Shown: positions 1 through 10,789 of the stretch, in pieces
How positions within the stretch are numbered: the first letter of the stretch is position 1
How the letters are laid out: every line of letters begins with the position of its first letter
Source of the DNA: Vicugna vicugna
Taxonomy: Eukaryota
NCBI GenBank assembly: GCA_013265495.1
Contig: MU058252.1
Coordinates: 778,244 to 842,243 of the forward strand
Direction: 5' to 3'
Length of the DNA stretch: 64,000 bases
Translations under genes and position numbers: made by a program
The notes under the pieces: generated by a model
Database searches by the model: none
What the model saw: the letters and a program-made list of their open reading frames with translations, nothing else
What the model was told of the DNA's origin: nothing

Positions 1-169
1 TCATCTGCTTTCCACCCACTGCTGCCTGTACTTGTCACTGGCAGCACACTGGGAAACCCCAGCCCCCGAGCTCACATCATGGCCGTGGCCAATCATCCCA
101 GACTTCTGCTCCAGGCGCAAAAGCCAGTTTCACCTAAAAGTGTCCTTGATAGCACAGCAATATTTATTC

Positions 170-1213
170 ATCTTATTAAATCTCAACCCTTGGATACATG
201 TCTTTTTAATGTTCTGCATGATGAAACAAGAAGTCTACATACAACACTTCCGTGGGATGCTGACTGACGACAGCGTTCTTGAGGTAAGGCTCTTGAGGAC
301 TGAGTTGCCTTTTTTAAGTGAAACATTGAGAAGCTGAAGAACTGTGGTTACTCAGACCTGGGTACCTGGCAGATATTTTTCCAACTGAACAAAGTGAGTC
401 TGTCACTTCAAGGAAAACAACTGACCAGACTTGTTGCCAGTGATAACATTCGCGTTTTCAAGTGAAAATTAGAATTTTGGAGAAGCCACAATGAGCCTGA
501 CAGCTTTCCAATACTTAGAGGCGTCTCCAGGAGAGACTGGTAGTGTTATTAACAAACGCGATTTTGCTTTTTGGATATTGTGGCATGAAATGGGCTACCT
601 TTGGACGATCTGCATCAATCATTGGCTTGATGTTTTCTAAGTGACCAATAAGTGATGCTATAAAATTGTGCACTCAAAGTGCAAAACAGAGTGATGGGTT
701 TTAATGTAATAGAGCAGACTCTATTAAGTAGACAATGAAAATTCATTATTATGGTTTCAGATTGCACACTGCAACTAACCTTTAAAAAACTACCACTTGT
801 CGAGAAGACTACCCACAGTTTTCTGAAGAGGCTATTAAAATACTCCTCCCTTTTCCAACCACATTTCTGTGTGAGGCTGGGTTTTCTTCATGTACCTCAA
901 CCAAAACAACATATGGCAACAGAATGAATGCAGAAGCAGATATGAGAATTCCACTGTCTTTTAACTAAGACATTAAAAAGATTTGCAATAATGTAAAGCA
1001 ATGCCACTCTTCTCACGATTTTTTATTATAAATATATTTACAATAATACATAAGTTTACTATTGATCTTTTAAAATAAATATTTTAAATTTTCTGTTTTA
1101 ATTCTAACATGATAAATATCAATATATGAAACCCACAAAAAATAAGCCCTTGGGGTCCTTGATAATCATGAGTATAAAAGGGGTCCTGAGACCAACAGAG
1201 CTGAGAACCACTG
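170..1213 (+). mobile_element. hAT-Charlie DNA transposon remnant (Charlie1-like)
   Basis: Degenerate transposase-like sequence (ctggcagatattttt...aaagtgagtctgtcacttcaaggaaaacaactgac) ending in a Charlie1-type terminus (ggggtcctgagacc...tgagaaccactg). Recognised from remembered consensus; 5' boundary approximate. Confidence 0.8.
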
Positions 1214-1414
1214 AACTGCATGGGAGCAAAACTCAAAGCTCAAAACAACTCACGGTCTAGTACAAGTTAAAAGAGATGCCCCTTCATCCTCTCTTCTGGG
1301 TTTAATGACCTTGGACTGTTTAGGTAGGCATTTCTTTCCATTTTTATTGAGAAACTTACTTTGATTAAGAGAAAATCTTAATGATCATACTAGAGCCCAG
1401 TACAGCTACAAAAC

Positions 1415-1960
1415 AAAAAACACTAATCTGAAAAGATACATGCACCCCAACGTTCACAGCAGCACTATTTATAATAGCCAAGATACGGTAGCAACGTAAG
1501 TGTCCATCAACAGATAAATGGATTAAGAAGATGTGGTGTATATGTTTCTAATAGAATACTACTCAGCCATAAAAAGAATGAAATTCTGCCATTTGCAGGA
1601 TGGACCTGGAGAGTATTATGCATAGTGAAGTAAGACAAATACTGTATGATACCACTTATATGTGGAATCTAAAAATAATACAAATGAACATATATATCAA
1701 AAAAGACACAGACTCACAGATACGGAAAACGAACCAGTGGTTCCCAGTGGGGAGACAGATTAGGAGCGGGGCAAGTTAGGGGTGTGGGATTAAGAGATAC
1801 AAACTACTATGTATAAAACAGAAAGCAACAAGGATATACTGTACAGCACAGGGAATTATAGCCGTTATCTTTGGAGTATAAACTGAAAAGCACTGGAACA
1901 CTATATTGTACACCTAAAACTAATATAATATTATAAATCAACTATACTTCATTAAAAAAA
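1415..1960 (+). mobile_element. LINE-1 3' fragment (ORF2 end + 3'UTR, 5'-truncated)
   Basis: gatacatgcacccc...agcactatttataatagccaagat...tgtccatcaacagat...tactactcagccataaaaagaatgaaa, ending aaatcaactatacttca plus an A tail. Confidence 0.9.
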
Positions 1961-2074
1961 CCCAAACCCCCCAGAAATTTATATTGCCTTTTATAAACCA
2001 AGAAGTCTTGTTCCCTTTATCCCATTCACATCATTCATTCATTGATTTTTTTCATTGTTAGAAAACCACCATCA

Positions 2075-2247
2075 GGGGGAGGATACAGCTCAGTTAAACC
2101 TAATTACCTCCCCACCGAAAAAAAAAAACCCAAACACAAAAACATATAAAAACAAACAAACAAAAACCAAAGACCCACCTCCTAATATTATCATCTTTGA
2201 GGGTTAGGGTTAAAAAAAAAAAGAATTAAAAAGAAAAAAGAAAAAAA
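2075..2247 (+). mobile_element. Camelid tRNA-derived SINE (Vic-1-like), internally deleted, with extra 3' segment
   Basis: 5' head gggggaggatacagctcagt is joined directly to taaacctaattacctcccc, followed by A-rich tails. Imperfect TSD agaaaaccac(c/t)at(c/g)a at 2060-2074 and 2248-2262. Confidence 0.8.
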
Positions 2248-2689
2248 AGAAAACCACTATGAAATTTACTTGTTGGGAAAAAAAAGGTTTTTGCCTAAAT
2301 GCTTTCAACACATATATTTTAAAGTACAAAGCATTTTTAGCTATTTTAGTGTTGACTAACATACCTTGAATCACCTTCAGTTTGAAAACAGGATAAAAAT
2401 GATCCTTATAAAATGAGTTCTGGATAATTAGCAGACAGGGAAATTTAGTCACACCCACCCGCCAACACGACAGCGCTGCATAACCTCAGGCGACCAGTAC
2501 GATCAGACGCATGAGGGGATCTGTGGGTTTTGTTTTTTTCTTGGAGACATCTTCTCAGGCTTTCCAGGTTCCAGGCAAAACCTGGACACTCCACACGGTG
2601 GTCCCACGGCTACTTCCCTTCCCCAGCAGCTTGGGCATTACTCCTGATGCCCGGGTCTTAATTTACATCCTCATCGAGAAGGACCAGAT

Positions 2690-3900
2690 GCCCCAGTATC
2701 TCCCTGAGGAAAGGTATGTGGGTAGGTAATTTCTTGAGAACTTGCATATCTGATAATGGCTTTCAATTTGATACCCTGCCAAATTACCAATTTTGAAATC
2801 ATTTCCCCTCCATTTTGAAAGTATCACCACACTGCCTTGTAGCTTCTGCTGTTCTGAAGTCTGACGCCATCGTGACTCACAATTCTTGTCTTTTATTTAT
2901 TTATTTATTTTTTAATTTTAAGATCATGTCTTTCTCCCTGATGTTTTGAAACTTCATGATGCTGCGTCTTGGTGTAAGTCTTTTTTTTTTTTCCCTTTTG
3001 TTTGTTTTGTTTCATTTTGTGCTGGGCGTCAGTCTGGAACCCAGGCCCTTCACGGACAGGCGATAATCTTTCTCTTCTGTCTTCTTGGTTCTTCCTCTCT
3101 GGACTCCAGGTATTTAGCATATGAACCTCCTTAACTGATACCCTCATTTTCTCTTTTTCACAATAAATGTTTATGTTGGCCTTCTGTCTACATTCTGGGA
3201 GATGTGCTCAACTTTCACCTTCCAGTGCAGGTGTGTGTGCATCTCTATGCATATGTTTGCATAGCTTTATATTCCTAGATCTCTTGATCATAGAATACTC
3301 CTCCCTCTGCACCCCCCTTTATAGCATCCTGTTCTTATTTCATGGTTGTAGTACCTTTTATTCCCTTTAAATGCTTCCTCCAAGTTCCTTTTTTCTATTT
3401 CTTTGGTCTCTGTCTTTCACAATAGAAGTTTCCCTCAAATGCCTGATTTTCTTTGGATGCTTATTTAATAGCGATGTTCTGAAGGGCTGGGTGGGGGCTG
3501 CACGTGTGGGTGGGAACCATTGACTGGTGGGCTTCCCTGTTGAGAAGTACCAGTGGCAAGCCAAAGTTTCGATTTCTGCAGGTCTTTCCTCTCAAGACAA
3601 ATCCATTTTCCTGCTTGGGTGGGTGAACAGGGGGGCCGCCCAGTGCCAACATTTTGGGAGCCAAGCAAGGGGACAGGAGCTGGCGGTGGGGGTCACCAGT
3701 CTGTATAGTCTTTTACTTAATCTCTGTTTTCAGAACTTGTACCCCCGTGCAAATATTCAAAAAGCAGACATTTCTTCTTGTGAGGGCGAGAATCTGGGTC
3801 GTCTGTATGGTAACTTTCAAACAAACTCACACCCTTGCCTTCAGAGGTCCCTGCGTCTTCGAGCCAGAGTCCCCATGTCCCTGTTTCAGCTGAAGGTGAG
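2690..3900 (-). mobile_element. Ancient LINE-1 (L1ME/HAL1-like) fragment, antisense
   Basis: T-rich degenerate L1 antisense motifs (ttcttgagaacttgcatatctga; gcttctgctgttctgaagtctgacgccat; ttctgggagat...tcaacttt). Boundaries approximate. Confidence 0.6.
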
Positions 3901-4711
3901 TTTTTCAAGAAGAGCAATAATTAAAACTAGAAGCAGTCATCAGAAGAAGCGTTTAAATACAGCAGTGAAGTCTTTATGGAAGCAAAGCAAAGCCAATAAA
4001 GGAAGTGGACAGGATCACAAAAGCACGCAGTGTGGTTGTAAATACCGTTCAAAAGCTTCTCGAGGTTACGAGCTTATTTATCTGAGGCCTTGGCCAAGGC
4101 CTTTTTAGTGCCTAGGTTTTGGAAACTGTGGCTTAGTCTTAGTGTTTTGTTTTGCTTATAACTCTCCTCAAAAGAATACAGCTTGAAAATTAAGTTTTGA
4201 TTAGCACTGTTCTCCTCTAGTGTCCTGAAGAGTGTTTAAAGTTGTTTTTTTAAACAATCATTATTTACAAGATTTTTTTTTAAAAGCTTCATCATCCCCA
4301 GAGCTCAGAACCTTTCCTCCCCTCTCTGCCTGCCCTAACCATTATCGGCCGCTCGTCAGAGGATTACGGCGCCTGCTCTCCGGCTGCTGGTGAAGGCTCC
4401 TCTCAGATCAGGCTCGGGAGGGGCCGGGAGGACAGGGCGGCTCAAACAGGACAGACTCTGAGGACCCGAGGACCCGAGGACACATGCAGCATTTTAGGTT
4501 TTACCAGCAGAAGAATGATCTAGAGCTGAACGAAGAGGAATTCGCTCCCAGCATCTGGGGTGTCAAGGGGCAGCTTGGTTTCTTCTCCCAAACTTTTCCT
4601 GTCCTCGGTCTGGCGTCTGGGACGGTGTCCGGGACAGAGAACTGAGACAAATGAGGGCCGAGGAGGAGGAGGAGCTCGGGCTGGGTTACTGCTGTTGTTG
4701 AATTCACTTTT

Positions 4712-4878
4712 TTTTTTAAAGTACTCTTTCTGTTTGTTGTTTGTTTGGGGAGGGGATAATTAGGTGTATTTATTTACTTATTTTATTTATTTATGTATTT
4801 TACATGGAGGTGCTGGGGATTGAACTCGGGACCTCGTGCACACGAAGCACACTGCCACTGAGCTACACCCTCCTTCCC
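4712..4878 (-). mobile_element. Camelid tRNA-derived SINE (Vic-1-like)
   Basis: The reverse complement has an A box (tagctcagtgg), a B box (gagttcaatcc), cctaattatcccctcccc and a poly(A). Imperfect TSD gaattcactttt (4700-4711) / gagttcactctt (4879-4890). Confidence 0.9.
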
Positions 4879-5444
4879 GAGTTCACTCTTGAAAAGGAAA
4901 TTATTCCCACATTTAACCTCAGGAGCATTGCCCCAATTCTAGGAATCACTCAGGAAATACGTGAACAGGTAATTATATTTATTTTTCTCCTTATGCGTTG
5001 TTTCCTTGGGCATCCTTCAGAAAAGAACAGCAATAGTTTTATACTCATAAAGGGCTCAAAATGCAGAGACTCAGAGGGCCCCGTCTCTGGGCAGCCGTGC
5101 CCTGCCAGTGGGAGGACTCGAGTCCACAAGGATGCTGCCAGGCGCTGCCCTTTCCATTTTCCTCTTGAAAATAACCCGTCAGCTACCAGCTGGTTCCTCC
5201 CAAGAGGCCTTAGCCATCCCTAAGTCTTCAGTCCCCACGGCTGCGGCCTCCCGTGCCTCTCAGGGAACTGCGTGTGTGGACGTGGAACTGAGGGGGAGAC
5301 ACTGACTGCTGGGGCAGCCGGGCAGCCTCTCCTGGACGAGAGCCTCCCCTGGGAGGCGGGCCAGCAAGGGTGAGGAGGGTGCATCCAGCAGCAGGCCACC
5401 TGGGCCTCAGCCTGCCTCTCTCACCTGAACTTGGTTTTAAACTC

Positions 5445-5619
5445 CAGCACTGGCTCTGCTGTTTGCCAGGCCCAGAGCGAAATGAAGAACAGGGGCCCTG
5501 GGCTCCAGAATAAAGAATTTCAAGATGATGTGACAACAACAGAGCATGAAACCCAGAGTGGGCCCCTCTAAGCAAGGGCCCAGTGTGACGGTGTGGGTCA
5601 CAACCATGAAGTGTCCATG
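5445..5619 (-). mobile_element. MER45A-like non-autonomous hAT element
   Basis: ggcccagagcgaaatgaagaacaggggccc...aagaatttcaagatg...cagagcatgaaacc...ccatgaag matches the reverse complement of the remembered MER45A consensus over its whole length. Confidence 0.75.
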
Positions 5620-5750
5620 CCTCAGTGTTCCCATCTGTCTAGTGGGGATCAGAGCTGTACCTGCCTCATCGGGCCGTAAGGAATGCGTGAGTTAACGGCA
5701 CATAAAGCACCTGTACCAGCAGTTAGTGAGAGCCCAAGGAATTATTATCA
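5620..5750 (+). mobile_element. MIR SINE (core and 3' part)
   Basis: cctcagtgttcccatctgtctagtgggga...tacctgcctcat...taaagcac is the MIR core motif. Confidence 0.75.
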
Positions 5751-6601
5751 CATCCCCACTCAGACCATACGTCACGTCAGACCAGCTCAGACATCCTACC
5801 CAAATCTGATGAAAATACATCCTCCCAGTGCTCTGTGATTTGGTAACAGTCAGACCAACAAACACAACGTTATAAATCCGGTTAACAGCACTGTGTCAGT
5901 GACAATGTTGCATTTTTAAACCCTGGGATTTTTTTCAGTGAATAAACTAGAAAGACTGAAAACTCAGGCTAAGCCTAAAATTTTAGGGATTACCATACTG
6001 TGCTTCACCTCTGTGGTTCAGTTTAAAAAATTTTAAGAACATCACTGTTTATCATGACCACAGAGAGATAGAAATGTGTTGTCTGATGAATCATGAAAAA
6101 CTAGAAATATCTAAAAGTTTAAAATGGAGGACGGTGCAAAATGCACTTCATGACAACGAGAAAAATAGTTTATTTCATATGCAAGTATCTTTAGTCCAAC
6201 AAAATATATTTAGCTAAGCATACAGATCAGATCCACTTGTACAGATCTGAGTAAAGGGAAGCCAATGTTTTGGACAGTGTCAGTAAGGGACGTGTGATAA
6301 GACGGTTTTAACCCACAGCTAATATCACTAAGCAGCTAGAACAGTGTGCGTTGTAATCATCAAAGTTCTTTCTGATATAGATGAATAAGCAGCTGGTTTA
6401 TACTATGTCAACTGCTGCTCTATTGTGTTAAAGGACCAAGCTGGAAATAAGGCACATAATCTCCTAATAGCTGCTACTGATCTTCTAAGTCAACTCAGAA
6501 CTTAATTCAGTAAGACTGGAGGGGAAGAGAATGAGATAGAACGGATAGTTACAGAATTTCTAGTCCCATAAAGGGCTACCTGAAAGTTCTGCTTGACTCT
6601 T

Positions 6602-6708
6602 TTTTTTTTTAAATTGAAGTACAGTTAGTTACAATGTGTCAATTTCTGGTGTACAGTGTAATATCCCAGTCATGCATATATATATACATATATTCATTTT
6701 CATATTCT
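6602..6708 (-). mobile_element. Young camelid-type L1 3' end, about 110 bp, with TSD
   Basis: poly(T) followed by aattgaagtacagttagttacaatgtgtcaatttctggtgtacag. Perfect 12-bp TSD tgcttgactctt at 6590-6601 and 6709-6720. Confidence 0.9.
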
Positions 6709-6900
6709 TGCTTGACTCTTTATGTAGTGAAAGAATCTGGTGACCCAGAAAGCAACCACGGTCCCAACTAACCTGGTGCAGTGCTGTCTGAACGGAAATA
6801 AAATTGGACCTTATTCTATGCGCTCCACCAAATATATATGTAAATACAACTTGACCTTCTCAGGTTGGCCTTGGTGGTTTATTTAAAAAGCAGTCTCTTT

Positions 6901-7112
6901 GTACACACATACATATAGTTTCATATTCTTTTTCACTAAAGGTTATTACAAGATATTGAATATCGTACCCTGTGCTACAAGAAGAAACTTGTTTTTAAAA
7001 AGTCTATTTATATTTATAGTGGCTAACATTTGCAAATGTGCTGTACACCAGAAATTGACACACTGTAACTGACCGTACTTCAATAAAAAATTAAAAATAA
7101 ATAAATAAATAA
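6901..7112. mobile_element. Young L1 insertion with 5' inversion
   Basis: Antisense L1 3'UTR segment (about 6901-7035) followed by a sense L1 terminus (tgctgtacaccagaaattgacac...acttcaataaaaaa). Flanked by identical 20-mers atttaaaaagcagtctcttt at 6881-6900 and 7113-7132. Confidence 0.9.
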
Positions 7113-8624
7113 ATTTAAAAAGCAGTCTCTTTACCTCTAAGTTTGTTTTGAATAGAGCTCTTTTTATTATTTGTGTTTGTTTTATCCAAGCAATAGATTC
7201 CCCCTCCCCCTATTTCTCAGAAAAATAAATTAAAAGTGGCTTTGCTTTGTTCAGGGGAGTCCGTGATGTGGACACCCTTCCATTTAAGTCAGGCCAACAA
7301 GCTAAATGCTGACTACACCCTAAGTCCCTGGAGCGACTGGCTCTAAAAGCCTTTATATTTGCTTTTACCATGTTATAAAAGGCAATGGACGAGTATTTAT
7401 GTTGACTTTAAGGCTTTCCTCTCTCATCACACAGATACCTTAACACTTGGGGTCCTTGCACGGTCACTGACCATGTGTTTGCAAACCTGATGCACACATT
7501 GAATGCAGTCTATAGTTTATGCCTCGTGGGAAATAGCTGTTTTCTTTAATCGTCCTTTTGTGAGAGTGAGTGAGGGGGCAGGCAGGGTGGAAACACAGCC
7601 CCACCTGTGGCACCGTGTCCTGACAGCAGCAAGAAGCACAAGGCCTTGAACCACTAAGACCAGGCCTCTATTTTAAGATAATTTCTTTGATTATTCCAGC
7701 ATGTAGGGCTATGTGCAGCCTCTAGGGGGGTGGGGGCATCCTAGGAAAAGTCCCGAATGTATTAAGTAGACGTTCTAACACATCAAACACAGCTAGAGGA
7801 CAATTGTTTCTGAAATTCATTCTTACATCCTGGGAAAGGACAAGTCATACTGACATCATGACCCAGTCCGAGTATCATTAAGGATGGGTGACGAACACGT
7901 AACTTGGTATTTGGGGATCCACCCAAGCCAAGCTTTAATTGCCAGACGTAATAAAAGTAAAAGGCCAGATTCAAGTCCAGGACTGAGGACAGATCTTAAG
8001 GTAAAACGCATTCCTTTCGTTCTCCTGCTCACCTGACCCCTTAAACTGGCAGCCGAGGCTCAGGCAGGCAAACGGCTTAAGACCCTTATGACCTCCAGGT
8101 ACTGAAGTATTATATATGCTTGATGTCTTACAAGAATCTGATCATTAGTGAATAAATCCATTGAAACTGCACTATTTTTTCTTTATCCAAATATCAGCAC
8201 GGTCTCTATCTGATGGCTTTGGTATGTTAAACATGCACTCCAGGCTAGATGTGATACTTGCTGTTTACTGTATTAGACCCAGCAGTGTGCTTTGTCATTC
8301 GCATAATATAAAGTTAGTTAAGAACTGTGTGACCATGACATTTTCTGAACAGGAGGCTTTAAAAAACAACATTCTCCTGACAACCAAATGATGTAAACTG
8401 AAGACAAGGGCCTGATTATAATATTAGGTGAAAAGCTATGCTGCCAGACCATCCAGCCCATTGTCTACACGTCTGATATGTCTGTTTCTGTATCTGTGTA
8501 TGAAGGAACGACCAAGGCCCAGCCAGGAACGCTGCACCTCAGTTTACCTGTCTCGAGGCTATGGGACTACAGGAGGTCTTTATTCTCTTCTTTCTGCTTC
8601 TCTTTACATAATTAGAGGAATGAT

Positions 8625-8755
8625 TTTTTAAAATTATAATCATGGTAAAATACACATAACATAAAATTTACCTCCTTAGCCATTTTAAAGTGCATAGTTG
8701 TAGAATCAAGTACATTTATACTGTTGCGCAGCCAATCTCCTGAACTTTTCATCTT
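8625..8755 (-). mobile_element. L1 (L1MA/MB-type) 3' end
   Basis: ggtaaaatacacataacataaaatttacc...ttagccattttaaagtg...aagtacatt...ctgttg is the typical antisense L1M 3' end. Confidence 0.8.
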
Positions 8756-9679
8756 AGAGGAGTGCTATTTTTAAAAGAGATGATGAAATACTCCTCCAGA
8801 TGTGTCTAATTTTTAAAATTAAATGCAAAGGAAGTAAATGGAATGGCTTAATCGGGATAAACCAAGATAATTGAATAGCCTGACCAATTTGTGAGTGAAC
8901 ACAGTCTAAGCAATGGGCTTTTAATTTGCTTCTGAGACAGTGTGGGGAGAGGGCAACGCTGGCAGAGAGCATATTAGGGTTTCCTCTGGGTAGTTCCTTA
9001 GAGGGCTAATAATTGAACTACCTGCTTCAATTTCCCTTTTTCTGAATAAAATAGACCTTTTTTCTAATCAGGCTCAAGATGGGCAGATGTCATTCTTACT
9101 CAGGACTCAAAAATAGTGGGAAAAAATGTTACAACATGCACCCCCCCAACCCCAAAACAGGTTTACTCCAGCACCGCCGAGAATTTGAGCGTCATTCATT
9201 AACAGGGCAGGCACTCCGTTCTTAGAGAGATGCCAAAGGAGGCTTGTTCTAAACTTTTCCACCATTCCAACAGCTAATTTCTACTGACTTGTTAAGGGAA
9301 CACCGTTAACACCGGTGTTACAGTTTGTGTCACTGGTACCCGTGATACTCCGCCAGCCATAGTTAATGCTTTTCTAAGTGCTGTTGAGTTCAGGGACAAT
9401 CCTGGTTCTGAGCTGGAGGAATTCCCATCTAAATGCAAATCAAGACAAGCCCATCTAGAATGCATGATTAGGTACAGTCATTTTTCCACCATTTAATGTT
9501 CAGCCCCTAAAATGCATTTTCATGCGACCGTGTTGGTAAAGTGCCCCTTCTCGGGTTTAAACTGTGTTTTCTTCCCAACACTAGCGGTTGTACAGGCGAA
9601 TGTGTTCAGAGACTTGATATCTTTGACTTCATAAATGGTAAATAAAATGGACTAAGAGAATCATTTGTCCAACCTCTGC

Positions 9680-10130
9680 TTCTCCGCTCCAGACTTACAG
9701 ATCCAGGCCCTGAATACCTCTATCTGATGTCCTGAAAGACTCAAAGAGAGTGTGCCCCCAGTGGAACCTGCCCCTCGTCCCCAGATCTACTTCCCCTTCC
9801 TCAGTTAACAACGCGCCACCCATCCTTTCCTGCCAGAAACTGGACAGTCACCCTAGACTCCTCCTTCCACTGCCACCTATTTGGGTATCACTGGGGCCAG
9901 CCTATTTCATCTCTTACATGCTTTTACAATTAACCCCTTCCTCCAAATCTCCACTCCTGTGGCCTTAATTCAGCTCTTTGTCATCTCTTACTGGACTATT
10001 ACAGTACTTTCTTAAGTGGTCTGCTGGCCTAGTCTTTCCCCCATAAAGTCAAACCTCTAGCTTGTTACTGGAGCCATCTTTTTATTACGATACAAGTCTG
10101 ACCAATGAGCTCCTCTGACAACCACTGCCA
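9680..10130 (+). mobile_element. L2 LINE fragment
   Basis: ctccagacttacagatcc...tcctcagttaac...accatcc...ggactattacagtac...ggtct is the degenerate L2 3' region. Confidence 0.65.
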
Positions 10131-10584
10131 GGGTAGCCAATGAAAAGTTTATGACGCTCATTCATGCAGCTTGCATCAAATTTGCATCCTTTCCTTCCTC
10201 AAGGAGATTAAGGGGAAGAATAAGGGTCCTTCCACCTTAAACTCATGTTATTCCAAATGTCCCCAGTCCAGTCCAAAAGCAGACTGTATAATCTTAGAAT
10301 GCACCGAGGGTGAGGAGAATGCAAATCCTTCAGTCCTAACTCTACAGGACTATCTCACCAGTTTGCCATCTTTTCAGCCAGTCTGATTCCTGGACCTCTT
10401 GTGGGCGGGACTGGTGACCCATCCTCTTGCCCTCCACAGTGGGACAGGCCCCGCATCTTGGGTGGACAAAGCTCTATGGCTCACCTCTTGCCTTTCTGGG
10501 GACAAGTCTCATTCTGCCGCTTTGCACAGGATGTCTTAGCAATTAACTGGATGGCAGTAAAGGGAAGATCTGGCACAGATCAGT

Positions 10585-10789
10585 CAGGAGCTGGCAATTT
10601 TTTTTCTGAAAAAAGGCCAGGTACTAAGTATTTTAGGGCTTCTCAGACTCCCCAGGCGCGGCTGCAGTGTGAAAGCAGCCAAAGGACGGGCATAAATGAC
10701 TCGCTGTGGCCACATGCTAGTAAGACTTTAATTACGAAAACAGACGGTGGGCCAGATTTGGCCCACGCGCCACAGTGTGCCAACCCGTG
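10585..10789 (+). mobile_element. MER58A-like hAT-Charlie element
   Basis: caggagctggcaattttttt...aaggccag...tattttagg...gtgggccagatttggcccac...tgccaaccc, with terminal inverted repeats. Confidence 0.8.

Noticed and set aside
2201..2211. Telomere-like gggttagggtt (also near 13692)
   Set aside because: Under two units, and part of MaLR-like and Tigger sequence; not an interstitial telomere array.
3527..4108. 193-aa ORF
   Set aside because: Largely overlaps antisense ancient L1-like sequence; no recognisable domain.
4460..4483. Short tandem repeats (gaggaccc x3; also ccactgtcc near 39097-39121 and (CA)n near 38986-38999)
   Set aside because: Ordinary slippage repeats without spacers; not CRISPR-like.
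4805..4878. tRNA-like A/B boxes (also 45450-45524)
   Set aside because: These are SINE heads with a SINE body, tail and (for the 4.8-kb copy) a TSD, not tRNA genes.
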